Part shown: positions 29,670-40,400 of the stretch, piece after piece
Position numbering within the stretch: the first letter of the stretch is position 1
How the letters are laid out: each line of letters starts with the position of its first letter
Virus record (IMG/VR): IMGVR_UViG_3300025039_000014
Coordinates: 40,760 to 104,759 of that record
Length of the DNA: 64,000 bases
Reading direction: 5' to 3' (one strand)
Origin: a virus
Notes under the pieces: generated by a model
What the model saw: only the letters and a program-made list of their open reading frames with translations
What the model was told of the DNA's origin: nothing
Database searches by the model: none
Made by a program: the position numbers and the translations under genes

Positions 29670-32600
29670 CATTCAGGTAGTCCTGACCCTCGAGGACCAG
29701 GAATTCACTCTCGGCATCAAGAATGCCAAGCGGCTCATCAACGAATTTCGAGGCAGCGTCCACTCAGCCGCTTCATCGAACAAGAAGCTCGATACCTCCT
29801 TCGAGCACCTGGTCAGTCGAACCCGCGATTTCACCGTCATTCTAGCCGGCGCCCAAGCCGCCCTTCGCACGATCTGGGATACCACTGTCGGTTGGCAGAT
29901 GCAGATCATGCGCGCAGCCGGCGACATCGAAAAATTCCAGGTGATGATGAAGGGTATGTCGCAGGAGACCAGCAACGCCTCCCGCGAGCTGGAAGCTCTC
30001 AGCAATACCAAGTTCATTACCACGTTCGCTCAAAACGCTCCCTTCAAGATGGACGCGCTGATCGACACCTTCGTCAAACTCAAGACGGTCGGCATCGATC
30101 CCACCAACGGCAGCATGAAGTCGCTCACCGACTCGGTGGCGGCCTTCGGCGGCAACTCCGACATCCTTCACCGCGCCTCGATCGCTATCCAGCAGATGGT
30201 CGGTAAAGGCGTCATCTCGATGGAAGAACTTCGCCAGCAATTGGGTGAAGCCGTCCCGCGTGCCATGGAAATCATGGCTCGATCGATGGACCTGTCGATG
30301 GGCGAACTGGTCGGAAAGATCCAGACCGGCACCGTGGAGTCGCGTTCAGCCATCTCCAAGATGCTGTCAGAGATGACATTGGTCTTTGGCGGTGCCGGCG
30401 ATCGCATGATGACGACCTGGGACGGCGTGCTCCAGTCACTTGAGGTGAAGTGGAAGCTGTTCCTCAAGGAAGTCGCTGGTGATGGTGACGATGCCAGCAG
30501 CTATTTCAGCACGATCAAGGAAATGGGCCGAGACCTGTCTGACTGGCTCTCTTCTCCCGAAGGATTGCAGTTCGCCAAGGACATGAGCGCTGCCCTCGCC
30601 GACATGGCTATCAAAGCGCAGGAGCTCTTCACCTGGGTCTATCAGAACCGCGACGCCATCATTCAGCTCGGCAAGGCAATGCTGACCTATTTCGTTGCCT
30701 CGCGCATCACGATGGGTATCGCCAACATCATCGGTGCGCTGCGCAACATGAGCGTATCGACTGGCATGGTGGCGACAGGCATGCGGGACTTCTCTTCGCA
30801 GATCGGGAAAGTCCGGGCGGCAAATAGCGCTATGCAGGCATCGCTTGCCACCTCGAACAGCGCGATGATGAACCTCAGCACCCGCGCCACGACACTGGTC
30901 GGCAACGTCGGTCGCATCGGCCTGGCTTTTGCGGGCCTCGCGGGGCCGATCGGTATTGCTGTGTCGATTATCGGCACCGCAGCGATGGCATTCATCAACA
31001 TGCGCCGGGAGAGTAACGAGCTCGCGGCCAGCATCATTCGAACGCGAGGTGTTGCAGCCACCGACAAGACGCTTGATGAGCTGGCCGAGCAGCGCGAGGA
31101 ACTGGATCGTCAGTTGGCCAACCAGCAGAAGACTCTCCAGAACATCGAGGGCGGAAGCGGTCAAAATCTTCTCGCGAGACTACTCGGCTCTGACAATGAG
31201 AGCAGCAGCGAGATCGTTAAGGGTCAGCTTGAGAAGACCCAGAATGAAATTCAGAAAAACCTCGAGGCCACCCGGCTATCGACAGAGGCCATGACGCAGC
31301 GTCAGGTCGATTTGGCGGTGTCTGCGACGCAGCGAATCGTCAGTGACGGCATGTCACCACTACAGGCAGCTTTCGATAAACGAAGTGTCGAGCTGTCGAA
31401 GCAGCTCAATGACGCCAAGGGCGACGCCAAAGTCGTGAAGCAGATTCACGACGATCGCCTGTCGGCCGCAGAGAATCTGCGCGACGGTCAGGTAGAAATC
31501 CTTGATCAGCAGATTGTGGCTGAGCGTGGTCGCCTGGCGAAATTGCAGGAGCTCAATGGCGCGATCACGGATGAAGAACAGGCGTCCAGCAACGCTGTCG
31601 TCAACTACCTGAACGATCGCAAGACTCAGGTAGCCCAAGCATTCGAGAATTTCCGGCAGACCTACAACGCGGCGAACCAGTTCGTCGTCAAGCCGACGAA
31701 GCCGACGAAGCTATCCAAGGCAGACGACCCCGCTTATATCGCCAAGCAGCAATCGGATGCGGCGATCAATTCCGCCGAACGTCTTTTCAAGTCGCTGGAT
31801 GTTCAGGCAGCGAAGGCGCAGGGTCAGCTGGCAGAGACTAACCCCATTCTCGAACAAACCAACGAGAAACTTCGACAGCTCTGGTCACAGGTCAGAGTCG
31901 AGGACATGCCAGCGTTCGAAGCGTTCAGCGAAAGCGCCCGCGAAGCCGCCGAAAACCTCTATCAGTTGCAGCAGCAGAAGAAGGCAACCGATGAGAGCGA
32001 TCGCGCCTACATGAAGATGTTGGGCGACACTGCCGGCGCTCTGGACGACACCGAAGAGGGACGACTGCTTCGCGCTAAGGTGCAAACCCTCGAGATCGCC
32101 GAGCAGGTCAAAGAATACGACAAGCTGATCGCCCGGATGCGCGAGTTCAACGTCGCGCCGGAAGAGATTCAGAAACTCGAGGCTGCCAAAGCCGCCTATC
32201 AGTCATCGGCCATGGACAAGGTCTCTCGCGATGCCGAATCGTCCTGGCAGTCGATGCTGCGCAGCATGCGCGAGTTCAAGACCGACTGGGCGGGCATGTG
32301 GCAGGACTCGTCCAACATGGCGATCGACGAGATGGTCCGGTTCGCCAAGTCGGGCAAGCTCTCCATGACCGGACTCATCGACCACGTCCTCGAGCAGCTT
32401 CTTCGCATCCAGTTGCAGAAGAGCATGGTTACGCCTCTGAGCAATCTGCTCGATGCCGGCGTCAACGCGGCGGTGGGTTACTACACCGGCGGCATGGGCG
32501 GTGCGCAATCCTATACCGGATCATTCGGCGCCAACCTCGGCACCGGCTCTCAGACCCAATCCTACGGCGGCAACTTCGGCTCCTACCTCAAGACCACCGC

Positions 32601-32949
32601 AAGCGCGATGGGCAACATCATGACCGAGTGGGGGCCGGCCAAGCTCAACAAATACGCCAAGGGTGGCATCGCCAAGTCACCACAGATTTCCGTATTCGGC
32701 GAGGGCGCCACGCCGGAAGCCTACGTCCCCCTGCCCGACGGCCGCTCGATCCCGGTGACGATGTCCGGCGGCGGCCAGGGCACACCGAATGTCCAGTTCA
32801 ACCTGATCAACCAGTCCGGCCAAGAAGTCTCCGCAGAGCAGCAGGGAGGCGGCCGATTCGATGGCGAAACCTTCGTGCTCGATGTGGTCCTCAAGGCGGT
32901 CAATCGACCCGGCGATTTCCGTGATGGCATGAAAGGAGCAATGCGCTAA
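29656..32949 (+). CDS. Tail tape measure protein
   Basis: 1097 aa, helical; QMVGKGVISMEELRQQLGE tape-measure domain; YAKGGI...GEG..PEA. Confidence 0.93.
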   Translation: MNDDDIQVVLTLEDQEFTLGIKNAKRLINEFRGSVHSAASSNKKLDTSFEHLVSRTRDFTVILAGAQAALRTIWDTTVGWQMQIMRAAGDIEKFQVMMKGMSQETSNASRELEALSNTKFITTFAQNAPFKMDALIDTFVKLKTVGIDPTNGSMKSLTDSVAAFGGNSDILHRASIAIQQMVGKGVISMEELRQQLGEAVPRAMEIMARSMDLSMGELVGKIQTGTVESRSAISKMLSEMTLVFGGAGDRMMTTWDGVLQSLEVKWKLFLKEVAGDGDDASSYFSTIKEMGRDLSDWLSSPEGLQFAKDMSAALADMAIKAQELFTWVYQNRDAIIQLGKAMLTYFVASRITMGIANIIGALRNMSVSTGMVATGMRDFSSQIGKVRAANSAMQASLATSNSAMMNLSTRATTLVGNVGRIGLAFAGLAGPIGIAVSIIGTAAMAFINMRRESNELAASIIRTRGVAATDKTLDELAEQREELDRQLANQQKTLQNIEGGSGQNLLARLLGSDNESSSEIVKGQLEKTQNEIQKNLEATRLSTEAMTQRQVDLAVSATQRIVSDGMSPLQAAFDKRSVELSKQLNDAKGDAKVVKQIHDDRLSAAENLRDGQVEILDQQIVAERGRLAKLQELNGAITDEEQASSNAVVNYLNDRKTQVAQAFENFRQTYNAANQFVVKPTKPTKLSKADDPAYIAKQQSDAAINSAERLFKSLDVQAAKAQGQLAETNPILEQTNEKLRQLWSQVRVEDMPAFEAFSESAREAAENLYQLQQQKKATDESDRAYMKMLGDTAGALDDTEEGRLLRAKVQTLEIAEQVKEYDKLIARMREFNVAPEEIQKLEAAKAAYQSSAMDKVSRDAESSWQSMLRSMREFKTDWAGMWQDSSNMAIDEMVRFAKSGKLSMTGLIDHVLEQLLRIQLQKSMVTPLSNLLDAGVNAAVGYYTGGMGGAQSYTGSFGANLGTGSQTQSYGGNFGSYLKTTASAMGNIMTEWGPAKLNKYAKGGIAKSPQISVFGEGATPEAYVPLPDGRSIPVTMSGGGQGTPNVQFNLINQSGQEVSAEQQGGGRFDGETFVLDVVLKAVNRPGDFRDGMKGAMR

Positions 32950-33326
32950 TGGCCTACGAAACGATGCCTAACTTCGGGGCGATGCCGGGCACCACCCAGG
33001 AGGACTCGGAGAAGTTCGCAACCTCTCGCGAAGACAACGCCGTCGGTCAGAACACCGAAGGCGGCTACACCATTTCACGCCCGAAGAATGGTCAGCCGGC
33101 GCGCCGCCTGTTCGAGACGGGCTTCGGCCCGCTCAACAACGTCCAGAAGGAACAGCTTGAAGAGTTCGACAACCGCGTCGGCACCATCAAGCCCTTCTAC
33201 TACCAGCATCCACGCAACGGCGAGCTGATCCTTTGCCAACTTCAGGAGCGCTTGAAGTTCTCCTATATCGGCAAAGGCACCACGGCACGGTGGAACGTCA
33301 CCCTCATCAAGCTGCGAGAAGTCTAA
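32949..33326 (+). CDS. Distal tail protein (gpM-like)
   Basis: Position after the tape measure gene; PFYY, ends LREV. Confidence 0.65.
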   Translation: MAYETMPNFGAMPGTTQEDSEKFATSREDNAVGQNTEGGYTISRPKNGQPARRLFETGFGPLNNVQKEQLEEFDNRVGTIKPFYYQHPRNGELILCQLQERLKFSYIGKGTTARWNVTLIKLREV

Positions 33327-33952
33327 TGGCCAACCACCACTCCATCGCTACCGTGATCGACAAGAACCGCGTCGCCTCCCTGGAGGCGTTTGTGCCGATG
33401 ATGGTGATCGAGGTCATCAACGACAAGACCGGCGCTCATGTCGATACCCTGCGAGTCTGCAAAAACGGCAACGCTGACCTGACCTATCGGGGTGACCTCT
33501 ACGTGTCGACGGACTTCAAGATGTCGTTCACGACCGAAGCCGACCGCCCTTCCGAATGCAACATCAATTTCTTCGATCGCACCAGTGTCGTCACCCGCTA
33601 CATGGAGACCTATCGCGGCGGCATCGGCTTCAAGATCGATCTGTTCTTCGTCAACACCGGTGACATGAGCCAGCCGCCCGAGTTCAAGGAAACCTTCTCG
33701 GTGCGCAGCGCATCAGCGGACACCGGCACCTACATGATCACCTTCACCCTGGGCATGGAAAACCCTTTGTCACTGCGCGTGCCGCGCCGGACTCAGCGTC
33801 GAGACCGGTGTCAGTGGCGCTACAAGGGCGACGAGTGTCGCTACTCCGGGAGTCTGAAATCGTGCGACTACACTTTGCAGGGCGATAACGGCTGCGCCGC
33901 CCACAACAACGTGAAGTATTTCGGTGGATTCCCTGGCATTAACCCCGCATAA
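33326..33952 (+). CDS. Minor tail protein L-like
   Basis: CQWRYKGDECRY...C......C...FGGFPG Cys motif. Confidence 0.85.
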   Translation: MANHHSIATVIDKNRVASLEAFVPMMVIEVINDKTGAHVDTLRVCKNGNADLTYRGDLYVSTDFKMSFTTEADRPSECNINFFDRTSVVTRYMETYRGGIGFKIDLFFVNTGDMSQPPEFKETFSVRSASADTGTYMITFTLGMENPLSLRVPRRTQRRDRCQWRYKGDECRYSGSLKSCDYTLQGDNGCAAHNNVKYFGGFPGINPA

Positions 33953-33955
33953 TGA

Positions 33956-33975
33956 GTAAGTAAATGCTTACTTAC
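33956..33975. promoter_or_regulatory. Palindromic operator-like motif, copy 10 (overlaps a start codon)
   Basis: GTAAGTAAATGCTTACTTAC. Confidence 0.85.
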
Positions 33976-34428
33976 TCTGATCTCCTAACTGCGACTTTCC
34001 GCTACAACGCACGCGGCCCCAGCCATTTCGATTGCTATGGCCTTTGCATGGAGGTGTCCCGCCGACTCGGCAGGACGCTACCCGAAATTCTGACCCCCAA
34101 CGGACTGCTGAACATGCAGGAGTTGCTGCGCGAAGAGACCGAAAACGGCATTCGCTGGCGTCCTGTCCCGGCAACCGAAGGCGAATGGGGTGTCATGACG
34201 GGCCATCCACGCATCGGTCCACCCATCGAATACGGGATCAAGTCGGGCGCGATCGCCTACTTCCGAGTCAAGGGCTTGCTGGCGCACGTCGGAATCATCA
34301 TCGGCCCTGACAGGTTTCTACACGCCTGGGAAAGGGCCGGTGGGGTTTGTTGCGAAAGGCTGTCCGCCTGGGAACCTCGCTTGGTAGGAATCTATGAGCA
34401 CAAGTCTGATCCCCGTTGTCCAGATTGA
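33964..34428 (+). CDS. NlpC/P60 tail assembly protein (gpK-like)
   Basis: FDCYGL, HVGI, FLHA. Confidence 0.85.
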   Translation: MLTYSDLLTATFRYNARGPSHFDCYGLCMEVSRRLGRTLPEILTPNGLLNMQELLREETENGIRWRPVPATEGEWGVMTGHPRIGPPIEYGIKSGAIAYFRVKGLLAHVGIIIGPDRFLHAWERAGGVCCERLSAWEPRLVGIYEHKSDPRCPD

Positions 34429-37400
34429 GCCGCAGCACGTCAACCTGATCGTGGTTTACAACGCGCTGGACCTGCGCGACCGCGAGACCGCCAAGCTCAA
34501 CTTCGATCCCTCCAAAACCCTCGCCGATTACATGCAGGGTCTCGAAGACGTCGATCAGTGGTCGGTATCGATCAACGGCGAGTCCTACTCTCCCGATGAC
34601 TGGGTATTGATCAATCCCGCGCCTGACGACTACATCACGGTCGTTCCGATCCCCTATGGCGGCGGCGGCGGCAGCAAGAACATCATGCGCATGGTTGCCC
34701 TGGTAGCCATCGCCGTCGTGGCGCCCTACGCCGCGGCCTACATGCTCGGCACCACCGTCGCGGCGATGGGTATTGCCGGCGCAGCACTGACCGGCGTGAT
34801 CACCATGGCCGGCGGCATGCTGGTCAACGCCCTGCTGCCGCCATCAGTGCCCTCAGCCAACAACTCGGTCAGTCAGAGCGAGTCGCCCACCTACGGCATC
34901 GACGGTTCGAAGAACACCCAGACCGAAGACACGATCATTCCGCTGATCTACGGCTCATACCGTTACGCCGGCAACATCGTCAATCTCTCGACCGATAACG
35001 AGGGCAAGACACAGATCGTGAAAGCGATGATGGTCGTCTCGGAGGGTGAGATCGACGGTATCTCCGACTTCCAGGTCAACGATCAGCCTTTCGACAACTA
35101 CGAAGACGTCGAAACCGACTGGCGCCCAGGCGCTGCCAACCAGACCGCTTATGGCTGGTTCCAGGACACCAAGCGGATGGTCAACAAGGCCATCACGCTG
35201 TCGACCGAAGAGTGGGCGCAACACACCACCGAAGGTGAGATCGATCGTTTCCGTCTCGACTACCTCTGGCCGCAGGGTCTGGTCAGTATCAACGACAAGG
35301 GCAAGCGGACGGTCTATCAGGCCGAGATGAAAGCTCAGTATCGCAAGGCAGGCACGACAGCCTGGATCGATCTGCCACAGCGAATCTACACCGAAGCCGC
35401 GACCAGTCAGCCCTACCGTGTGTCTTTCGAGTCGCCGAAGCTCGCTGAAGGCATCTACGAGATTCGCACCCGTCGCCTGAACAACAAGGCCACCGAGGTC
35501 AACGTCTCTGACACGGTGCAGCTGGCCGATATCGTCGAGATCATCGACGACCGGGTGCCCTACAACCACACGGCCTCCTTCGCCATCCGAGTTCGCCTGA
35601 CCGATCAGCTCGGCAGCCTGCCGAAGATGACCGCGAAAATCCGCGGTATCAAGGTCGCCAAATACACCTACAACGGCGAACTCATCACTCGCGAGTGGTC
35701 AAACAACCCGGCCTGGATCGCAGTCGACCTGCTGACCAACAAGCGCTATGGCGCCGGCCTGGTGCTGTCTCGCATCGACTGGCGAGCATTCAACGACTGG
35801 GCGCAGTTCTGCCTCGACAATGAGCTGACCTTCAACGGCGTGTTCGACACATTCAGCAACGCCTGGGATGCCGCTCAGGTTGTGCTGCGCGTGGGCCACG
35901 CTCGATTCACCACTATCGGCACAACGCTCTCCCTCGCGATCTACCGCGCCAGCGAACCGGTGATGATGTTCGGCAACGGCAACATCATAGAGGGCTCGCT
36001 GAAACTCAACTGGTCGAGCATCGAAGATCGCTCCAACGAATTCGAGATCGAGTTCTACGACAAGGAGCTGGACAACAAGCAGAACACCGTCCGCCTGATC
36101 AACGAAGACTCAATCGCTCGCGGCGACATGCAACGCATCTCGACGACCCGCATGGTGGGTATCGACAACGAGAAGCAGGCATACAACGAGGCACTGTTCC
36201 AGAAGGCGATGAACGAAGGGCTGGTGATGTCCGGTCAGCTCGAAGCGCCAATCGAAGCGATGGTGTGTGGTGTGGGCGACGTGGTGCTGGTGCAGCACGA
36301 CATGCCGCAGTGGGGCGAGTCCGGCCGCATACGTCCGGGTTCGACAGCGAAGATCATCAAGATAGACCGCACGCTCGAGATCGGCGCATCACCGGTGAAT
36401 ATGTCGATGATGGTTCACCACTCGGTTGTGAAGCGCGCCAGCCCGACAGTGGCAATTGTCAACCACAACTCGGGCAGCGTGTTCATCCAGGGAGTGCCGG
36501 CGTCTGTCGCGGCCACACGCCTGGTCTTCGGCGACCAGGATCGCCGGATTCTCTCGATCCGCTCGGCCAACGGCTACACCGAGATCCAATTGGCGGACAC
36601 CGATGGCTTGGCTGTCGGCACCGGATTCGAGCTCTGGGATACCGATGTCATCGAAGCGCGTCAGATCGCGTCCTACGATGCGGAAACCTCGCAGATCACG
36701 CTGGTCAGCGCGCTCGGCCAAGTGCCGGCTGATCTGAGCAATTACATGATCGGTGTCACCGACAAGGCCGCGAAGCCATTCACGGTCGTTGGCGTATCGG
36801 GCGACGGCGATTATTCCCGCGTGCTCAAGCTGATCGAATACAACGAGACCATCTTCGATCCGGCCAACTTCCAGCCGACGCCGATCTATTCACGTCCGGT
36901 CCAGACAGTTCAGCATGTCCGCGATCTGACGGTGATCGAAGACAGTATCATCAAGTCCGCCTCGCTGATCAGCAGCCTTATCGTGAGCTGGAGCCTGCCG
37001 GAAGATGGCAACTACGCCGGCGCCAAGGTCTATATCGCTCGCAACGGCGGAGAGATGGAGATCCACGGTATCGCCGGCGCGGGCGTGACCTCCTACCACC
37101 TGCAAGCCAAGTTCGGCGAAGAGCTAGTGATCCGCGTGGTGGCATACGACGGCGGTGGACGCACGGCGAACTACAACACCGCCCCGCAGGTCACCTACAA
37201 CGTCACGGGCAGTCTCGATGTGCCAGCCAACGTCACCGGCTTCACGGCGCGCCTGGATCGTGACGGTGTCGAGCTGAACTGGATCAAGCTCGCTGATCCT
37301 GATGTCGTTGGCTACGAGATTCGCGAAGGCGAGGATTGGGAGACCGGCACCCTGATCGTCGAGGATCACGCCGGCACCCGTTTCTTCACCACCCTGAAAG

Positions 37401-40400
37401 AGAACGGCGTCTACTCCTACTGGATCAAGGCCATCGATCTCCGCGGCGCCATGTCTCGCGTCGCGACAACCGCCTCCGTGCGCGAGCTGATTACCCCGCC
37501 CGTGCCGGATGGCGTGTCCATCACGGTGACGGCGTTCACGGCGACCATCGTCATCGCTGCCGCCCCGTTCGGTATCACCTGGGAAGTCTGGCGTTCCAAC
37601 GCGCCGCTGCTAAACGGTCAAATTCTGTCGAATGCTGTCCTGGCCGGCACCGGCGACACCGTGCAGATCGTGGGTCTGGACTACGACACGACCTACTACC
37701 TGTATATTCGCGGCCGTTCGGCGTTCGGTGTCAGCGCCTGGTATCCGACACAGTTCCAGACCAGCGCCGATCCTGCCGAGATTATGGAGTTCATCGCTGG
37801 TCAGATCGATGAGTCGGCACTGGCCCAGGAGCTGGCTAAAGAGATCGAGAAAATCTCTGCGCCCGAGGGAATCGTTGGCTCCGTCAATGAGCGCCTTGCC
37901 GGCGTCCGTGATGACCTAGCCGATGAGGCTGTGCGCGTCGACGGTTTGATCAACGAGGCGAACGAGTCGACCAACAAGGTGCAGCAGAACCTGTTGGACG
38001 AAACCGTCAGACTCGACGGCCGTGTAGACGGTATTTCACTGTCGATTGATGCCACCCAACTGACTCTCTCTCAACGAGACGATGAGCTGGCACAACGCCT
38101 TCTCGAAGCCGAGACTTCCATCGTCGACGAGGCCAGGGCCAGTAAGGATCGCGATTCTGCGCTGACCGAGACTGTCCAGGGCATCACGGCCACCTTCGAA
38201 GATAATAACGCCTACCTGGGCGAGCTCCGTCGGGTCGAGGCTGAGCGTGACGCGATTCAGGCTATCCAGTTCGAAGCTCTTGCCGTCACCGCAGCCAACC
38301 GAACCGCATCGATCCGCACCGAGAAGCAGATTCGTATCGATGGCGACACGGCAGAGGCTAGTGAGCGCTCCGCCCTCGAGGTTCGGGTTAACGACAACGA
38401 AGGCGCCATCGTCACCGAGTCTTTGACTCGCGCCGACGAGCTATCTGTCATCTCATCCCGGATCGGTGAGCTGTCTGCGAAGCTGGATGCCGTTCCGCAG
38501 TTCGGCTCAGGGTTCGAGCCCGGCACTGATTTGACGCAGTGGCAAGTGCCGACGACTGACACCCTGACGGTCCAGTCAGTCGACATTTACCAGGGCACGC
38601 AATCAGCCCTGCTGACGTCATCCTCGGCTACCCCGACGCCTGGCACCGACGGTATCGGTGTAACGCGTGCGTTGATCCCCTCCGGGGCGGCGGAAGCGTT
38701 CGAGGGCTACGAGATCGTGGTTCAGATCGCGGCCAAGCAGCCGGCGGACAATCCCACTGCCGAGTTCGCAATTGCCTTCGCTACCAACGGTGTCGGCAGC
38801 AGCACCTGGCGCATGTTCACGCCGACGCCGTCCTGGGACGTCTACCAGTTCACTTGGCAGGTGCCGGAAGGCTCGACGGTTGGTGTCAACAACATCGCGA
38901 TCTGGGCGGACACCTCCGGCTCAGGAAAGGGGCTTCTGGTGGATGGCGTCACGGTTCGCCGTGCGAATGCCGAGATCAGCGAGATCACCGCCGCGATCAC
39001 CACCGAGCAGGAAGCTCGCGTCAGCGCCGATGAAGCGCTGTCCACGGATATCCAAGCGACCACTGCGCGTCTGGGACTCGCCGAAGCCGCCATTCTCGAA
39101 GAGATCACCGCTCGCGCGACCGCCGAGGAAGCGACCACCGGTCAGATCACCGCCATCACGACGCGGGTGGGTGACAACGAGACTCGGATCGCCGAAGAGA
39201 CGCAAGCACGAACCACCCAGACCGACGCCCTGGCCACCCGCACGACCGCCATGGAGACGCGGATGGGTGAAGCCGAAGGCGCCATCACCTCAGAGACCGA
39301 AACACGGGCCACGGCGGATGAAGCACTCGGTCTCCAGATCGAAGAGATCAAGGCTGAGATGGGTGGCGATACCGCCGCAGTGGTCGAGGAACGTCAGGCG
39401 CGTGTCACGGCCGACAGCGCCCTCGCCTACCAAATCTCGAGCGTATCGGCACGCGTCGACGACGCAGCGGCACAGCTTCTCAACGAGCAGCGAGTTCAGA
39501 TCGAGCAGGCAAGCCTCGACGCGGTGCAATTCGAGGCGATCGAAGCCTCACGCGCCGGAAGCACGGCATCCATTCGCACCGAGCAAAACATTCGCCTGGA
39601 AGATGACCTGGCCGAAGCCTCCCGACGCGAGTCGATCGAGACACAAGTCGGCGATCTGGAGTCGACGATTACCGAGGAAGCGGTAGCCCGAAGCACCGCC
39701 GATATGACCCTGGCCGACCAGATCAGCCAGGTTTCAAGCAAGGTCGATCAGAACCAGGCCAGCGTCTCCGAACAGATCAAGACCTCGATCACCGGTAATT
39801 CGTTGATTCGTGATGGTTCGTTTGAGCTGGGTGATCTGGCCCTCTGGGGCGGCAGCGCCGTCAGTATTTCGAATATCAGAGAACGCCGTGACAGCACCTC
39901 GCCACTGAACCAAAACGCGCCGGCACGTTACTTCGTGGAGCTTGATGACGTAAACCACGACACCACAGCCTACCTGCATAACCAAGGTATGGTTCCTGTC
40001 ACGCCAGGTGCGCAATACACCTTCGATGCTTCCTATGCAGTCAGAGGCGAAGGCGACATCAGTATCGAGTTCTCGGTGCGATTTTTCGACCAAGATGGCA
40101 ATCAGGTTTCTTGGCCGTCGATCAAGCGTGTCAACCATGCAGAGACCGTTGCGTGGCTGAAACTCGGGCCGGTAACGCTCACCGCTCCGGCAGATGGCGT
40201 CCAAGCGATGATTATCATCGGTCGGATCTCGGGTGGCTCCGGCAGCCTGCTCGTGACCAACATCCGCGGCTATCGGGTGGATGAGGCGCTGGCTTCCAAG
40301 ATCGATCAGGTCCAGGCATCGATCGGCCCCAACATCGCCACCGCGATGACAGCCTACGAAACCAAAATCGATGCTAATTCGTCACGTTCGTCGCTTTCCA